A stretch of 64,000 nucleotides of DNA from Macrostomum lignano (taxonomy: Eukaryota), in the NCBI GenBank assembly GCA_002269645.1, contig NIVC01000282.1:372001-436000 (forward strand), in the 5' to 3' direction. Below the pieces are notes generated by a model, which did not search any database, was not told the origin of the DNA, and was given only the letters and a program-made list of their open reading frames with translations. Within the stretch, counting starts at the first letter, position 1; each line of letters begins with the position of its first letter. Both the position numbers and the translations under genes were made by a program. Positions 51,198-64,000 of the stretch are shown piece after piece.

Positions 51198-52499
51198 ATG
51201 TCGCTGCAATGGACAGTAATTAGCTGGTTTGTCTATGCGGAAGCGGCCCTGGTGCTAATCATGTGCCTGCCAGGGGTCAGCGTTCAGCGCTGGCGCAGAA
51301 TTCTACGCTCGCGCTTGTTGCGCAAATTCGACTCGTCTGCCTACGTATATTTTAATGTCTTTTTCGGCCTTCTAATCCTATTGCTAATCGACGCTTATAG
51401 AAAGATGCGTCAGCACGCGCTCGAGGAGTTGAGCATAGATGAGCGAGTTAATCCGCACGGATTTGCGCTGAGTAGGATGCGAAAATTTCGTTCCCAGGTC
51501 AATTTTACTTTGTCAGCCGGCGCTTTGCTGCTCTGGATTGTGCTCAAATGGATGGTGAGCTCGCTTATTGGCCGAGCGTTTCTTGAGCAGGTGAGCGGAC
51601 AGATAGTCGGCTGCTCGGCTGCCAAACATTATCCATACGTACTCAGTGACAATCCTCCACCACAACTCACGCTGTCACGCGGCACAAAAGTTCAGCAAAT
51701 GTCTACGAGCTAATGCCAGTTTCAGTATCGTGTGCAGGAACCGCGAGAATGCAAAATTACTGTCACTTGTTGTGCCACCCTGATCACCAGCCGGTAGATA
51801 AACTCTTGAAGCAAGACACTTAGTAGACACCTAAATCTGCATTGCTTCAGTTCGCCCAACTGTAAAATGGGTTACCAGCATTAGCTGGGGTAATTACATG
51901 TAAGGGTGTGTGGCGACCCCCATCCCAGTCCTTCCACTGAACAGCTGATGCTTCACGCAATAGCTACGGCTGAGCTGTGTGTTGCGCATCTGCCCATTAG
52001 GGCAGGTGTAATCACTTATTATTATAGCCCCCATGCCCCAATTGCGCTGGTGTTTGGCTATGGCAGCATTTGCGCATTTCTGAATCATCGATGGCATGCA
52101 AACTTTTGGGGCGTGTAGCAGCTTGGGTTTGGAGGGAGGTGGCTTGGCTGTTGCTGAGTACATTGTTGGGCCTCGTGTCGCAAATTGCATCATCCATTGC
52201 GTCATCCGGGGTTGAGATATGAGAAAAAGTTGACCACTGGTTTTGGGTTAGAAACTTTAACATGTTGCTGATTGTTAATATATGCATGTTTTACATCGTG
52301 CATGAATAGCATGAAGCGAATAAACTTACTCTCAATCTCTCCGATTACCAATGCTCAGGACTTGTCTATTGAACGTGCCAAGGTCAACGATTTGCAACGG
52401 AAACTTGACGAAGCTCAGCGGAAACTGAGCAGCACTTTAGCAGCTGGTGTCGTTAACGGATCCGTCTCTGATGACGGTAGTGATAAGAAGGCCGATTGA
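51198..52499 (+). CDS. BCAP31: B-cell receptor-associated protein 31/29-like ER membrane protein, short form (~177 aa)
   Basis: Exons 51198-51590 and 52359-52499. MSLQWTVISWFVYAEAALVLIMCLPGVSVQRW..., three hydrophobic segments, KFRSQVNFTLSAG, coiled-coil tail and C-terminal KKAD (KKXX ER-retrieval motif). Confidence 0.9.
51725..52025 (+). mobile_element. CORE-SINE-like element in the BCAP31 intron
   Basis: CTTGAAGCAAGACACTTA...GCTTCAGTTCGCCCAACTGTAAAATGGG resembles the MIR/CORE block (GGCAAGTTACTTAAC...CTCAGTTT...CTGTAAAATGGG); ends in a (TTA)n tail. Confidence 0.5.
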
Positions 52500-52649
52500 A
52501 AGACTCCAAATGGTGCTGCAATTTCTATGTTATATTTTATCTTCTATTCTAGTTATCTACTTTATTGTTAATAGTAATATTTATATTCCAGATTTTATTT
52601 CGATTATAACTTTATCTCTGTCTCATCAGGAGCTGAGTTTGTACTCGTA

Positions 52650-53090
52650 GTGTGTACATTAGACCCTTCCGAACCCCTCTCGTCCCTCGGTGTGTACACC
52701 AGACCCTTCCTAACCCCTCTCGTCCCTCGGTGTGTACACCAGTCACCAGCCCCTTTCCAACTCCTCTCGTCCCTCAGTGTACACCAGACCCTTCCCCAAC
52801 CCCTCTCGTCCCTCAGTATGTACACCAGACCCTTCCCCAACCCCTCTCGTCCCTCAGTGTGTACACCAGACCCTTCCCCAACCCTTCTCGTCCCTCGGTG
52901 TGTATACCAGACCCTTCCCCAACCCTTCTCGTCCCTCAGTGTGTACACCAGACCCTTCCCCAACCCCTCTCGTCCCTCAGTGTGTACACCAGACCCTTCC
53001 CCAACCCTTCTCGTCCCTCGGTGTGTACACCAGACCCTTCCCCAACCCCTCTCGTCCCTCAGTGATTCAGTGTGTACACTCGACCCTCCC
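52650..53090. repeat. ~41-bp minisatellite between BCAP31 and TRAF
   Basis: GTGTACACCAGACCCTTCCCCAACCCCTCTCGTCCCTCAGT units. Confidence 0.9.
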
Positions 53091-53559
53091 GAACCCCTAT
53101 TATCTCCAAGAAACCATTCAGCACATTTACATTCGTGTATATATTCAAGTTTCGTGAATGATTTTTTATTATTAATCAGTAATCAGGTGGTGCTACAATA
53201 TTCGCAAATGTAATTTAAGTCTTACTGTATTAATTCAATATCGTATATTGTAATGATCTTTTAGTCTCTCGTTCACCTTCGACTTTGAATTTTTATTATA
53301 GTCATTACAAAAATCATTCTAGCTGTGCTAAGCTTTTTCATTCGCCTGGCTGCTTACTTGCGCTTTCCCGACATATTTATGGATTAAAAAATATACAGGC
53401 TAGAGTTGGATTAAAGCTGCTAATTATTGCCCTTTGGTTTTGTGGTGGTTTTATTGGTGTGCATGGAAACTGTGAAACCAGCTTTTGCTGCTTATACAAA
53501 CTTAGCTTCGCATTTCTGTCATCAGTGAATAATTTAGCTGATTTTAGTTAAAGAAAGCA

Positions 53560-55429
53560 ATGGCCGAAAGCAGTCAGCTGCAGATGGGCTACAAGATCGG
53601 TGGCATAGACAAGCTGGAACCCAGATACAAGTGCGCCCACTGTCACCTGCTGCTGAGAGAGCCGATGCAAGGAGACTGCGGTCACCGCTACTGCAGGAAC
53701 TGCGTGCAGCTCAAGTTCAACGAGGCCAAGCAGAAGGGCGAGCCGTCTCTCTGCCTGGAATGCGACTCAAGCGACAGCGACAGGGCAGAAATTTCGCCAG
53801 ACCGAACCTACCCTGACATGGCCATCAAGAGGGAGATCAACAAGTCGCTGAAAGTGCAGTGCCCGAACTGTCCTTGCGACAAGGTGATGCAGGTAAGGGA
53901 GCTGGACGATCACCTTCAAGAGTGCAAGTTCAGGCCCGAGCCTTGCGAGCTGTGCGGAGAATTGGTTGCTATGCAGAGTCTGGCTGAGCACAAAGAGCAG
54001 AAATGCCACAGAAGACTTGTGCCCTGCGATGTGTGCAAGGAGCGAGTAGCCTTTGAGTCATTGGATGAGCACAAGAGCTCAACTTGCATTGGCAGTACAG
54101 TGGAGTGCGAGTTCTGCTTGGCTCGCGTCAAGGACAACGAAGAGGCCAAGAGCTCTCACTGGTTGGAGGAATGTCCGGTCGGGTGGCACACCGGACAGTG
54201 TCCTTTCGGGTGTCCTGAAATGTCCGAGGGTTGGGAGAAGCACCGGGTACAGCACCAAGCCACCCACATTGACAGGCTGCTGGCCTTGTCAAAGCGGCAG
54301 CAGCAGCAGCAGGCTGATCCACCAGAGCAGAGCCTCGTGCCCGTCTTCAGGGGTGCAGCGGCGGCGGCAGCGGCGGGAACTTCAGTGCCGGCCTCCGAGT
54401 TGACTGGGTCCGACTTTGAAGAGCTGAGCCGGCTGAAGGAGAAGGCGGCTGCCTTGGAGTCCAGGATGAAGTCCATGGCGCTGCCCACAGACTTGGCGAA
54501 GATGCTGAAGGACCTCCAAGGCAGCATCGTGCAGGGCGACAAGGTGAAGGAGCTGCTTCAGGTGATCAAGGAGCAGTTCGACAACTGCTACGACAAGATC
54601 AGGCAGTACGAGCTGCGGATGCAGAAGGACTTGGAGAAGAAGCTGGACATCGAGCGGAAGCACCAGGAGCTGGTGAAGCTGCTGGCCTACAAAGAGATGA
54701 AGATTCTCGACCTCGAGAGGCGCGTTGAGGTTCTTGAGCACGCTGGCTACGACGGGGTTCTTGTGTGGAAGATCACGGATGTGCGGCGGCGCAAAGAGGA
54801 GGCGCGGGAGGGCAAAGTGTGCTCGATCTACTCGCCTCCGTTCTACACGGGCAAGGCTGGGTGAGTTTTGACTGACGCTTCCACGGGTTCGAATTCTCTC
54901 CAATCCGCCCCTCAATCCGCCAATCCACTCCTCAATCCGCCAATTCGCCCTTCAATCCGCTAATCCGCCACTCAATCCGCCACTCAATCCGCCAGCGCCA
55001 ATCCACATCTCAATCCGCCAATCCGCCCCTATCCACCCCTTAATCCGCCCCTCAATCCACCCCATTCGCCCCAGCTACAAGATGTGTGGACGACTCTACC
55101 TGAACGGCGACGGCGCGGGCAAGAACACGCACATCAGCCTCTTCTTCGTGATCATGCGCGGTGCCTTCGACGCCTTGCTGCCGTGGCCCTTCGCCAAGAA
55201 GGTCTCCATGATGCTGCTGGACCAGAACTTCGACGAGCACGTGATCGACGCCTTCAAGCCGGACACTTCGTCGTCTTCGTTCAAGCGGCCCAGCACGGAC
55301 ATGAACATCGCATCGGGCTGCCCGCTGTTCATGCCGCTGGCCGACTTCGAGAACGGCAGTCGCGGCTACGTCAAGGACGACGCCATGTTCATCAAGTTTA
55401 TCGTGGACAAAAGCGACCTGCCTACTTAA
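53560..55429 (+). CDS. TRAF3: TNF receptor-associated factor, TRAF2/3-like (~551 aa)
   Basis: Exons 53560-54860 and 55075-55429. RING (CAHCHLLLREPMQGDCGHRYCRNC...CLEC), TRAF zinc fingers, coiled coil and MATH domain (WKIT...SPPFYT..GYKMCGRLYLNGDG...HISLFFVIMRG.FDALLPWPF...SGCPLF). The TRAF3 versus TRAF2 assignment is approximate. Confidence 0.95.
54890..55070. repeat. CAATCCGCC-type short tandem repeat in the TRAF intron
   Basis: Repeated CAATCCGCC / CTCAATCCGCC. Confidence 0.85.
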
Positions 55430-55974
55430 AGTACGAGCGTGCGAGAATCGAGTTTAAATACAGAAAAACTTTGCTAGTGATTATTCCGACTAAATGGACG
55501 TAACATTAAGCACCCCACCAGCAACCGCCAATTCCCGCGCCTCATCCGTGTGTCACCGCCTGCTCACCGCGCGTTTTGCGGTCGCAGCACACGTGTACAC
55601 AGGAGACCCACAGGCCAGGCCACCTACCTGTCAGCCAGCCAGACCAAACTGCTCAAAGCAGGGTGCTCGCTGACCTTGAAGCCTAATTCTGATTGGGCAG
55701 CACATCGCCAAGTTATTCAAGGTATCCAAGTTATTCGAGCATTTGTGCAGCTTTATGTGCGACATGTCTTCATTAATTTCATCTGTAGCAGTGAGCTGGC
55801 TCATTTTATTTGACTGCTTAGTGAGAATGCTTGAGAGTCTCTCCTAACAGCGTTTATTTATCAATTTGACGCTTTTTCAGGTTGATTGTGTCGCTCTTTA
55901 TAAATATGAGCACGTCTGCAAGTGCCTAATTTTAGTATGAAATTTATTGTAGCTCCTAAAAGTCATGCTGCTTA

Positions 55975-57830
55975 AACTCCATATGATCAGACAGTCCATA
56001 TGATCAGACACAGTCCATATGATCAGACAGTCCATATGATCAGACACAGTCCATATGATCAGACACAGTCCATATGATCAGACACAGTCCATATGATCAG
56101 ACACGGTCCATATGATTAGACACATCCATATGATCAGACACATCCATATGATCAGACAGTCCATATGATCAGACAGTCCATATGATCAGACAGTCCATAT
56201 GATCAGACACAGTCCATATGATCAGACACATCCTGACATCCATATGATTAGACACATCCATATGATCAGACACAGTCCATATGATCAGACACATCCATAT
56301 GATTAGACACAGTCCATATGATCAGACACATCCATATGATCAGGCACAGTCCATATGATCAGACACAGTCCATATGATCAGACACAGTCCATATGATCAG
56401 ACACGGTCCATATGATTAGACACATCCATATGATCAGACACATCCATATGATTAGACACATCCATATGATCAGACACATCCATATGATTAGACACATCCA
56501 TATGATCAGGCGCATCCATATGATCAGACACATCCATATGATCAGGCGCATCCATATGATCAGACACATCCATATGATCAGACACATCCATATGATCAGA
56601 CACATCCATATGATCAGGCGCATCCATATGATCAGACACATCCATATGATCAGGCGCATCCATATGATCAGACACATCCATATGATCAGGCGCATCCATA
56701 TGATCAGGCGCATCCATATGATCAGACGCATCCATATGATCAGACACATACATATGATCAGCCACAGTCCATACGATCAGACACATCCTGACATCCATAT
56801 AATCAGACACATCCATATGATCAGGCGCATCTATATGATCAGACACATCCTGAAATCCATATGATTAGACACATCCATATGATTAGACAAATCCATATGA
56901 TCAGACACATCCATATGATCAGGCGCATCCATATGATCAGACGCATCCATATGATCAGAAACATCCATATGATCAGACACATCCTGACATCCATATGATC
57001 AGACACATCCATATGATCAGAAACATCCATATGATCAGACACATCCTGACATCCATATGATCAGACACATCCATATGATCAGAAACATCCATATGATCAG
57101 ACACATCCATATGATCAGACACATCCATATGATCAGACACATCCATATGATCAGACACATCCATATGATCAGAAACATCCATATGATCAGACACATCCTG
57201 ACATCCATATGATCAGACACATCCATATGATCAGAAACATCCATATGATCAGACACATCCATATGATCAGACACATCCATATGATCAGACACAGTCCATA
57301 TGATCAGACACAGTCGATATGATTAGACACATCCATATGATCAGACACAGTCCATATGATTAGACACATCCATATGATTAGACACATCCATATGATCAGA
57401 CACAGTCCATATGATCAGACACAGTCCATATGATTAGACACATCCATATGATTAGACACAGTCCATATGATTAGACACATCCATATGATCAGACACATCC
57501 ATATGATCAGACACAGTCCATATGATCAGACACAGTCCATATGATCAGACACATCCATATGATCAGACACGGTCCATATGATCAGCCACAGTCCATACGA
57601 TCAGCCACAGTCCATATGATCAGACACGGTCCATATGATCAGACACATCCATATGATCAGACAGTCCATATGATCAGCCACAGTCCATATGATCAGACAC
57701 AGTCCAAATGATCAGACACAGTCCATATGATCAGACACAGTCCATATGATCAGAGACATCCAAACGATCAGACACGGTCCATATGATCAGCCAAAGTCCA
57801 TACGATCAGCCACAGTCCAAATGACCAGAC
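55975..57830. repeat. 18-bp minisatellite (~1.85 kb)
   Basis: TCCATATGATCAGACACA variants; explains the MDVSDH, MIRHIH and CLIIWM ORFs. Confidence 0.95.
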
Positions 57831-58419
57831 TCCATTTGGTCACTATATACATGCAAGGCTTTTAAAAAGCGTTAAATTTCCGGAAAGCTCCAATTTCAAT
57901 GCTTGTAATTCCAAATTCCAAAAGTTTGAAGCCGGGTAAAGCTGCTTTATAAAGTGCACTTTTTGTTAATTGAGTCTTCGCAGTTAGAGAGCAAATAACA
58001 AGTTACCAAGTAATTTACTTGTAGTGTTTTAAATTGCCACTCAAATATACTTTGACAATTTTCATCAATAATAATGCTACGAGTAGTACGTTACGATATG
58101 TGTACCTTTATTCAGTTGCTTGTTAGGAAATGTTGCCTTGTCATAATTTTAGTCGTATTACTCACTACTCGTATTGCTCGTATTAATCCTGTAGACTACA
58201 CTTCATTATTTAGTTTAAATACACAGTTTTAGTGTGAAAATATTTACATTTCATTGACAAACTTTTTATTGCTTTCTTTCATTTTTAATTGCGCGCAATA
58301 TAGAGTTAGATATACAACAATATTTTTACATGTATTATTAGGGCACATTCAATGCCCAATATCAATAGCTGATGAATGATAAATATGATCAATAGCGGTG
58401 ATCAGACAGTGAGCGGGCT

Positions 58420-59840
58420 TAGTAACCAGGTGCAGTGATAGACAGTGAACAGGCACAGTGACCAGATGCAGTGATCAGATCAGACAGTGAACAGGCACAG
58501 TGACCAGATGCAGTGATCAGATTCGACAGTGAACAGGCACAGTGACCAGATGCAGTGATCAGATCAGACAGTGAACAGGCACAGTGACCAGATGCAGTGA
58601 TCAGATCAGACAGTGAACAGGCACAGTGACCAGATACAGTGATCAGATCAGACAGTGAACAGACACAGTGACCAGATGCAGTGATCAGATCCGACAGTGA
58701 ACAGGCACAGTGACCAGATGCAGTGATCAGATCAGACAGTGAACAGGCACAGTGACCAGATACAGTGATCAGATCAGACAGTAAACAGGCACAGTGACCA
58801 GATACAGTGATCAGATCAGACAGTGAACAGGCACAGTGACCAGATACAGTGATCAGATCAGACAGTGAACAGGCACAGTGACCAGATGCAGTGATCAGAT
58901 CAGACAATGAACAGGCACAGTGACCAGATCAGACAGTGAACAGGCACAGTGACCAGATACAGTGATCAGATCAGACAATGAACAGGCACAGTGACCAGAT
59001 ACAGTGATCAGATCAGACAGTGAACAGGCACAGTGACCAGATCAGACAGTGAACAGGCACAGTGACCAGATACAGTGATCAGATCAGACAATTAACAGGC
59101 ACAGTGACCAGATACAGTGATCAGATCAGACAATGAACAGGCACAGTGACCAGATACAGTGATCAGATCAGACAATGAACAGGCACAGTGACCAGATACA
59201 GTGATCAGATCAGACAATGAACAGGCACAGTGACCAGATACAGTGATCAGATCAGACAATGAACAGGCACAGTGACCAGGTGCAGTGATCAGATCAGACA
59301 GTGAACAGGCACAGTGACCAGATGCAGTGATCAGATCAGACAATGAACAGGCACAGTGACCAGGTGCAGTGATCAGATCAGACAGTGAACAGGCACAGTG
59401 AACAGATGCAGTGATCAGATCAGACAGTGAACAGGCACAGTGACCAGATACAGTGATCAGATCAGACAGTGAACAGGCACAGTGACCAGATACAGTGATC
59501 AGATCAGACAGTGAACAGGCACAGTGACCAGATACAGTGATCAGATCAGACAATGAACAGGCACAGTGACCAGATGCAGTGATCAGATCAGACAGTGAAC
59601 AGGCACAGTGACCAGATGCAGTGATCAGATCAGACAGTGAACAGGCACAGTGACCAGATGCAGTGATCAGATCAGACAGTGAACAGGCACAGTGACCAGA
59701 TGCAGTGATCAGATCAGACAGTGAACAGGCACAGTGACCAGATGCAGTGATCAGATCAGACAGTGAACAGGCACAGTGACCAGATGCAGTGATCAGATCA
59801 GACAGTCAACAGGCACAGTGACCAGATGCAGTGATCAGAC
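58420..59840. repeat. 42-bp minisatellite (~1.4 kb)
   Basis: GATCAGATCAGACAGTGAACAGGCACAGTGACCAGATGCAGT units. Confidence 0.95.
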
Positions 59841-59905
59841 GCGGTGCTCATAGGCACAGTGCTCAGACCCGGTACTCGGACGCCCATCCCGCAGACCCCC
59901 TGAGC

Positions 59906-62900
59906 ATGTCCGGCAAAGAATCGGACAGCCGCTCCGGCGCCAGCTCGTCAGGCGGCGGCGGCGGCGGCAACCCACCCAAGAAGCGCCGCATGGACTCGGA
60001 TTTCTCAGGCGAGGCTGCCGCGGCGGCGACGGCCCATTGCGATTCTTCGTCGTCTAGCTCCTCGGGCGGCTCCTCGTCGTCATCGACTTCTTCATCGTCG
60101 TCGCCGTCGTCAACCTCGGCGGCTTCGTCGGCCTCGGGCTCGCCAGCCTCCGACGCCTCGGCCGACAAGAATGTCGTGTCCTCGTCTGCCGCTTCCGGCG
60201 CCGCCGCCGCCGCCGCCCCGGCGGCGAATCACCCGGCGGCTGCGTCAGCTTCCTCCGCCATCAGCTGCAGCTCGGACTCGGCCAGCATCCAGCATCATCA
60301 GCAACAGCAGCAACCGTCTGCAGCCGCGGCACAGTCAGTTGAACACCTGGCCAGCACAAGTCGCAGCGGCGTCAGCGGCGTCAGCGCCGGCCAGTCGGAA
60401 ATCCGGCGGCCCAACAAGCGCAACGGCAAAGGCGAGACGCCGCTTCACAAGGCGGCTAAACGGAACGACTTGCGCTACGCTAAGCAGCTGCTGGCAGCTG
60501 GGGCGGACGTAAATGCGCAGGTGCGTCGAAGCTGCTCAGATGGCTTTTTAGGACTATGCAATGAGAATAACGGGCGGATGCAGTTGTATACAATTGCTAT
60601 CTCTACGTGAATCTCTTGTGATCTCAAGTTCCATAAGGCTTTCCAAAAGGTTCATCAGCACCAAGAATATGCCTAACCTAAACTTTGCAAGCCTATAAAC
60701 CTAAACTTTGCAAGCCTATAAACCTAAACTTTGCAAACATATAATCCTAAACTTCATAAACTTATAAACCTAAAATTTGCAGGCCCATAAACCTAAACTT
60801 TGCAGGCCTATAAACCTAAACTTCGCAAACCTATAAACCTAAACTTTTTAAGCCTATAAACCTAAACTTCGCAAACCTATAAACCTAAACTTTGCGAACA
60901 TATAATCCTAAACTTCACAAACTTATAAACCTAAAATTTGCAAGCCTATATATAAACCTAAACTTCGCAAGCCTATAAACCTAAACTTCGCAAGCCTATA
61001 AACCTAAACTTCGCAAGCCTATAAACCTAAACTTCGCAAGCCTATAAACCTAAACTTCGCAAGCCTATAAACCTAAACTTCGCAAACCTATAAACCTAAA
61101 CTTTGCAAGCCTATAAACCTAAACTTCGCAAACCTATAAACCTAAACTTTGCGAACATATAATCTAAACTTCATAAACTTATAAACCTAAAATTTGCAAG
61201 CCTATATATAAACCTAAAATTTGCAAGCCTATATATAAACCTAAACTTCGCAAGCCTATAAACCGAACTGCATTAAGCGATGGCATTCAAGCCGCAGCTA
61301 AAAATGCCGCTCCCTCCCTCCCCTCTGCAGGACAATGCCGGATGGACTGCGCTACACGAGTGCGCCATCCGGGGCCACGCCGAGCTCAGCCGGGCGCTGC
61401 TTAAAGCCGGCGCCAGCCCGCATCTGCGCGGATTGGGCGGCGACACGGCGCTGCACGACGCGGCCAGGCAGGGCCACGACCGGGTCTGTCGCTGCCTGCT
61501 GCGCCACGGTGCCCGCACCGACTGCGCCAACGATGCCGGGCAGACACCGCTGGGCCTGGCCAGCAGCGACGCTATCCGTGACCTGCTGCTTGCCGGTGAG
61601 ACACATTGTAGCATTGATCCGCCCCCCCCCCATTGTAGCATTGATCCGCCCCCCCCCATTGTAGCATTGATCCGCCCCCCCATTGTAGCATTGATCCGCC
61701 CCCCCCATTGTAGCATAGATCCGCCCCCCCCATTGTAGCATTGATCCGCCCCCCCCATTGTAGCATTGATCAGCCCCCCCATTGTAGCATTGATCCGCCC
61801 CCCCATTGTAGCATTGATCCGCCCCCCCCCCCCATTGTAGCATTGATCAGCCCCCCCATTGTAGCATTGATCCGCCCCCCCCATTGTAGCATTGATCCGC
61901 CCCCCCATTGTAGCATTGATCGCCCCCCCCCATTGTAGCAATGATCCGCCCCCCCCCATTGTAGCATCGATCCGCCCCTTGTGGCCTATCCGCCCCCATC
62001 CATCCGCCATCTTCTTATTTCTCATATCCTCCTGTTCTCCTAACCTGATCCTAAAATTTTATCTCCCTCTCCTCAAATCCCAAGGAACCCTGGCTGGCGG
62101 AGAGACCAGCGGCACTGACTCGAGTCCCGACTGCGTGCGTGGCTCCGCCGATTCGTCCACTAGCGGAGCTCGCGCCGCTGCCGCCGCTGCTGCCGCCGCT
62201 GCTGCCGCCTCCGCTGCCGATTCTTCAGATGCCGCCGCCGCCGCTGCCCCCGACCCGCTGCCGTCGTCCAGCCAGCAGGCGGCGCTGCCGTCTCTGGCGC
62301 CATCGGCCGCCGCCGAGTCCACCTCCTCGATGGACCATCGTCGGCAGCATCAGCAGGCGGACACGTCGACGCTAACGGCCAGCGGCGGCCCGTCTGCTTC
62401 TTCGGCTCCGCCGTGGATCGCGCAATCCGCCGCGGCCGCTTCATCTTCGCCGTCGCCGCCGCCGTCGTCTCCAGCGGAGCGGCAGTTGCTGGACGCAGGC
62501 AGGAACCGCGAGGCCGCTGATGCTGAACAACTCGACGACGGCGACGCTTCGCCACCAACACCGACGCCCGACGCGGAGCTGCCGGCCTCCAGCGACCGCG
62601 GCGGCGTTGGCAGCGGTGTCAACGAAGACGAGGAGGACCGGTCGAGGAGCCCTGCGCCTCTGCCGCTGGCTGTGCCGCCTTCGCTGCCTCAGGCGTCGGC
62701 GCCGCCTCAAGCGTTGCTGCCTCCGCCGTCGCTGCCGCCGCAGTCGATGCTGGTCGCCGGAACCGACACTGACGCTGTGTCGTCGTCGAGTGCCGGTCGA
62801 TCCACTGGCCCACTCGGTGGCGCATTGTCGAGGCCTCTGCCAAGTCAGCAGCAGCTGCCCCAGTCGCAGACGCCCTCTGTCGACATTCAAGAGGTGGAGT

Positions 62901-63847
62901 CTTCGTCATCAACATCGTCAGCTGCTGCTACCGGTGCCGCTGCTTCGCTGATGCAGCGAGCTTCAGGTAGCCAAGAGGACTCGCGCGTGAGCTCCAGCTC
63001 GCCCGCTGTCACTGCCGCGACCGGTTCAGCTGCTGGTGGAGGCAAGAAATTCTTCCAGCAGCGCGTTGGCCCCGGCTCCGTGTCCGGCGGCCCAGCTTCC
63101 CAGTCTGCCTCATCCGGCGACTTTCACCAGCAGCAACAGCCTCAGCTGCCGCATCGACAGCCGCAGCACCAGCGAGATCCCTACGCCTTTGACGACGAGG
63201 AAGATTCCATGGCGACATCTGCCAGCTCGGTGGCGCCCTGTGGCAGCGGCTCTGGCGTCGTTGGCGGCGGCAGCGGCGTCGGCGCCATCCCGCTGAAGAT
63301 GCGCCTGATGGCCGCTGAATCTTCGTCCTCGCTGCGCCATCAGCAGCCTCCGCAGCTGGCGCCTCCTCCGGCCTCCTCGTCCTCGGTGATGGACGTCAAA
63401 AGCCACGACGATGCCGGCGCGCCGTCTTCGTCTGCCGGCTCCGGCGTCCCAGCGCAGCAGCGACTGCCGCGCTCTGCTGAAGCCGGCGAGGATGACGACG
63501 GCGAAGGAGGCTCCTCTCGGCAGCTGGCAGCCAGCGCCTCCGCTGACTCGCGGCCCGCTGCCAGCCGTCGAGCTGCTGCTGGCGACGTCACTGACGTTGC
63601 TGCCGCCACCGCCAGTCGTCCAGTCGATGATGCCGGCGCTTCCGACACGGCCGAGGCGTCCAACGATGCCACCGCGGCCGCCTCCACAGCCGATGACGAG
63701 TCGGAGGCTGGAGGCCGATCCCGGCGCCGCTCCGGCTCGGCTGCCTCCAAGGAAGCGTCGGCGACACCGCCTGGCTCAGATGAGGACAGCATGCGGGTGC
63801 CGCCGCTGCGAATCCGGCTGCCGCCCGACGTGTCAGAGATGCAACAG
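59906..63847 (+). CDS. ANKRD11: ANKRD11/12-like ankyrin-repeat chromatin cofactor, partial (continues past the right edge)
   Basis: Exons (59895)59906-60520, 61331-61595 and 62085-63847 with consistent phases. NKRNGKGETPLHKAA...GADVNAQ|DNAGWTALHEC..RGH...GLGGDTALHDAA..GH..VCRCLLRHG matches the ANKRD11/12 ankyrin block. NLS-like PPKKRR and RVPPLRIRL motifs lie in low-complexity sequence. Confidence 0.85.
60670..61265. repeat. 23-bp minisatellite in an ANKRD intron
   Basis: ATAAACCTAAACTTCGCAAGCCT units. Confidence 0.92.
61600..61975. repeat. 24-27-bp minisatellite in an ANKRD intron
   Basis: CATTGTAGCATTGATCCGC(C)n units starting just after the donor. Confidence 0.92.
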
Positions 63848-64000
63848 GTGAGGGCCGCCCGCGTGTGACCTACGTGTTGCGAAATGTATAGCTTTTACTT
63901 ACTAAAGGCAGCAGACAGACCTTAGACAATAGCCTAAGAGGCGAATCGCATTTCGCATTGATAACAACTCCATTTAGCCTACTTGAGTTAGTAGCAAGTA

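Noticed and set aside
40222-55429. MEK, BCAP31 and TRAF as a functional signalling cluster
   Set aside because: All are ordinary conserved genes separated by 1-8 kb; nothing in the sequence shows co-regulation, and proximity can be chance.
55975-59840. Regular 18- and 42-bp arrays as possible CRISPR arrays
   Set aside because: The units are head-to-tail with no unique spacers, there are no cas genes, and the context is eukaryotic.

Overview
Eukaryotic (animal) genomic DNA: GC-rich, Ala/Ser/Gln-rich exons with GT-AG introns, most of them filled with minisatellites. The style suggests a free-living flatworm such as Macrostomum; this is inference only. Spliced genes reconstructed by hand: 6-phosphofructokinase (5' half, minus strand, runs off the left edge), a ~1,490-codon ankyrin-repeat gene with three reading-frame disruptions, CMC4, a divergent ERR/NR3-like nuclear receptor, a small unknown coiled-coil gene, MEK1/2, a short BCAP31, a TRAF2/3-like gene and an ANKRD11/12-like gene (runs off the right edge). 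Between them lie many non-autonomous DNA transposons with readable TIRs and TSDs (hAT-, MULE- and P-like), two SINE-like elements, and a 2.4-kb TIR element enclosing a decayed Ty3/Gypsy RT. Most long repeat-like ORFs in the supplied track are minisatellite artefacts. Four leads stand out. (1) CMC4 and the nuclear receptor have no ATG of their own but start in phase 0 at strong splice acceptors, which fits a spliced-leader-donated AUG in an operon-like cluster. (2) The receptor has a non-canonical P-box (CHACKS). (3) A retro-RT fragment sits inside a DNA-transposon shell. (4) A telomere-like array is held between inverted termini.
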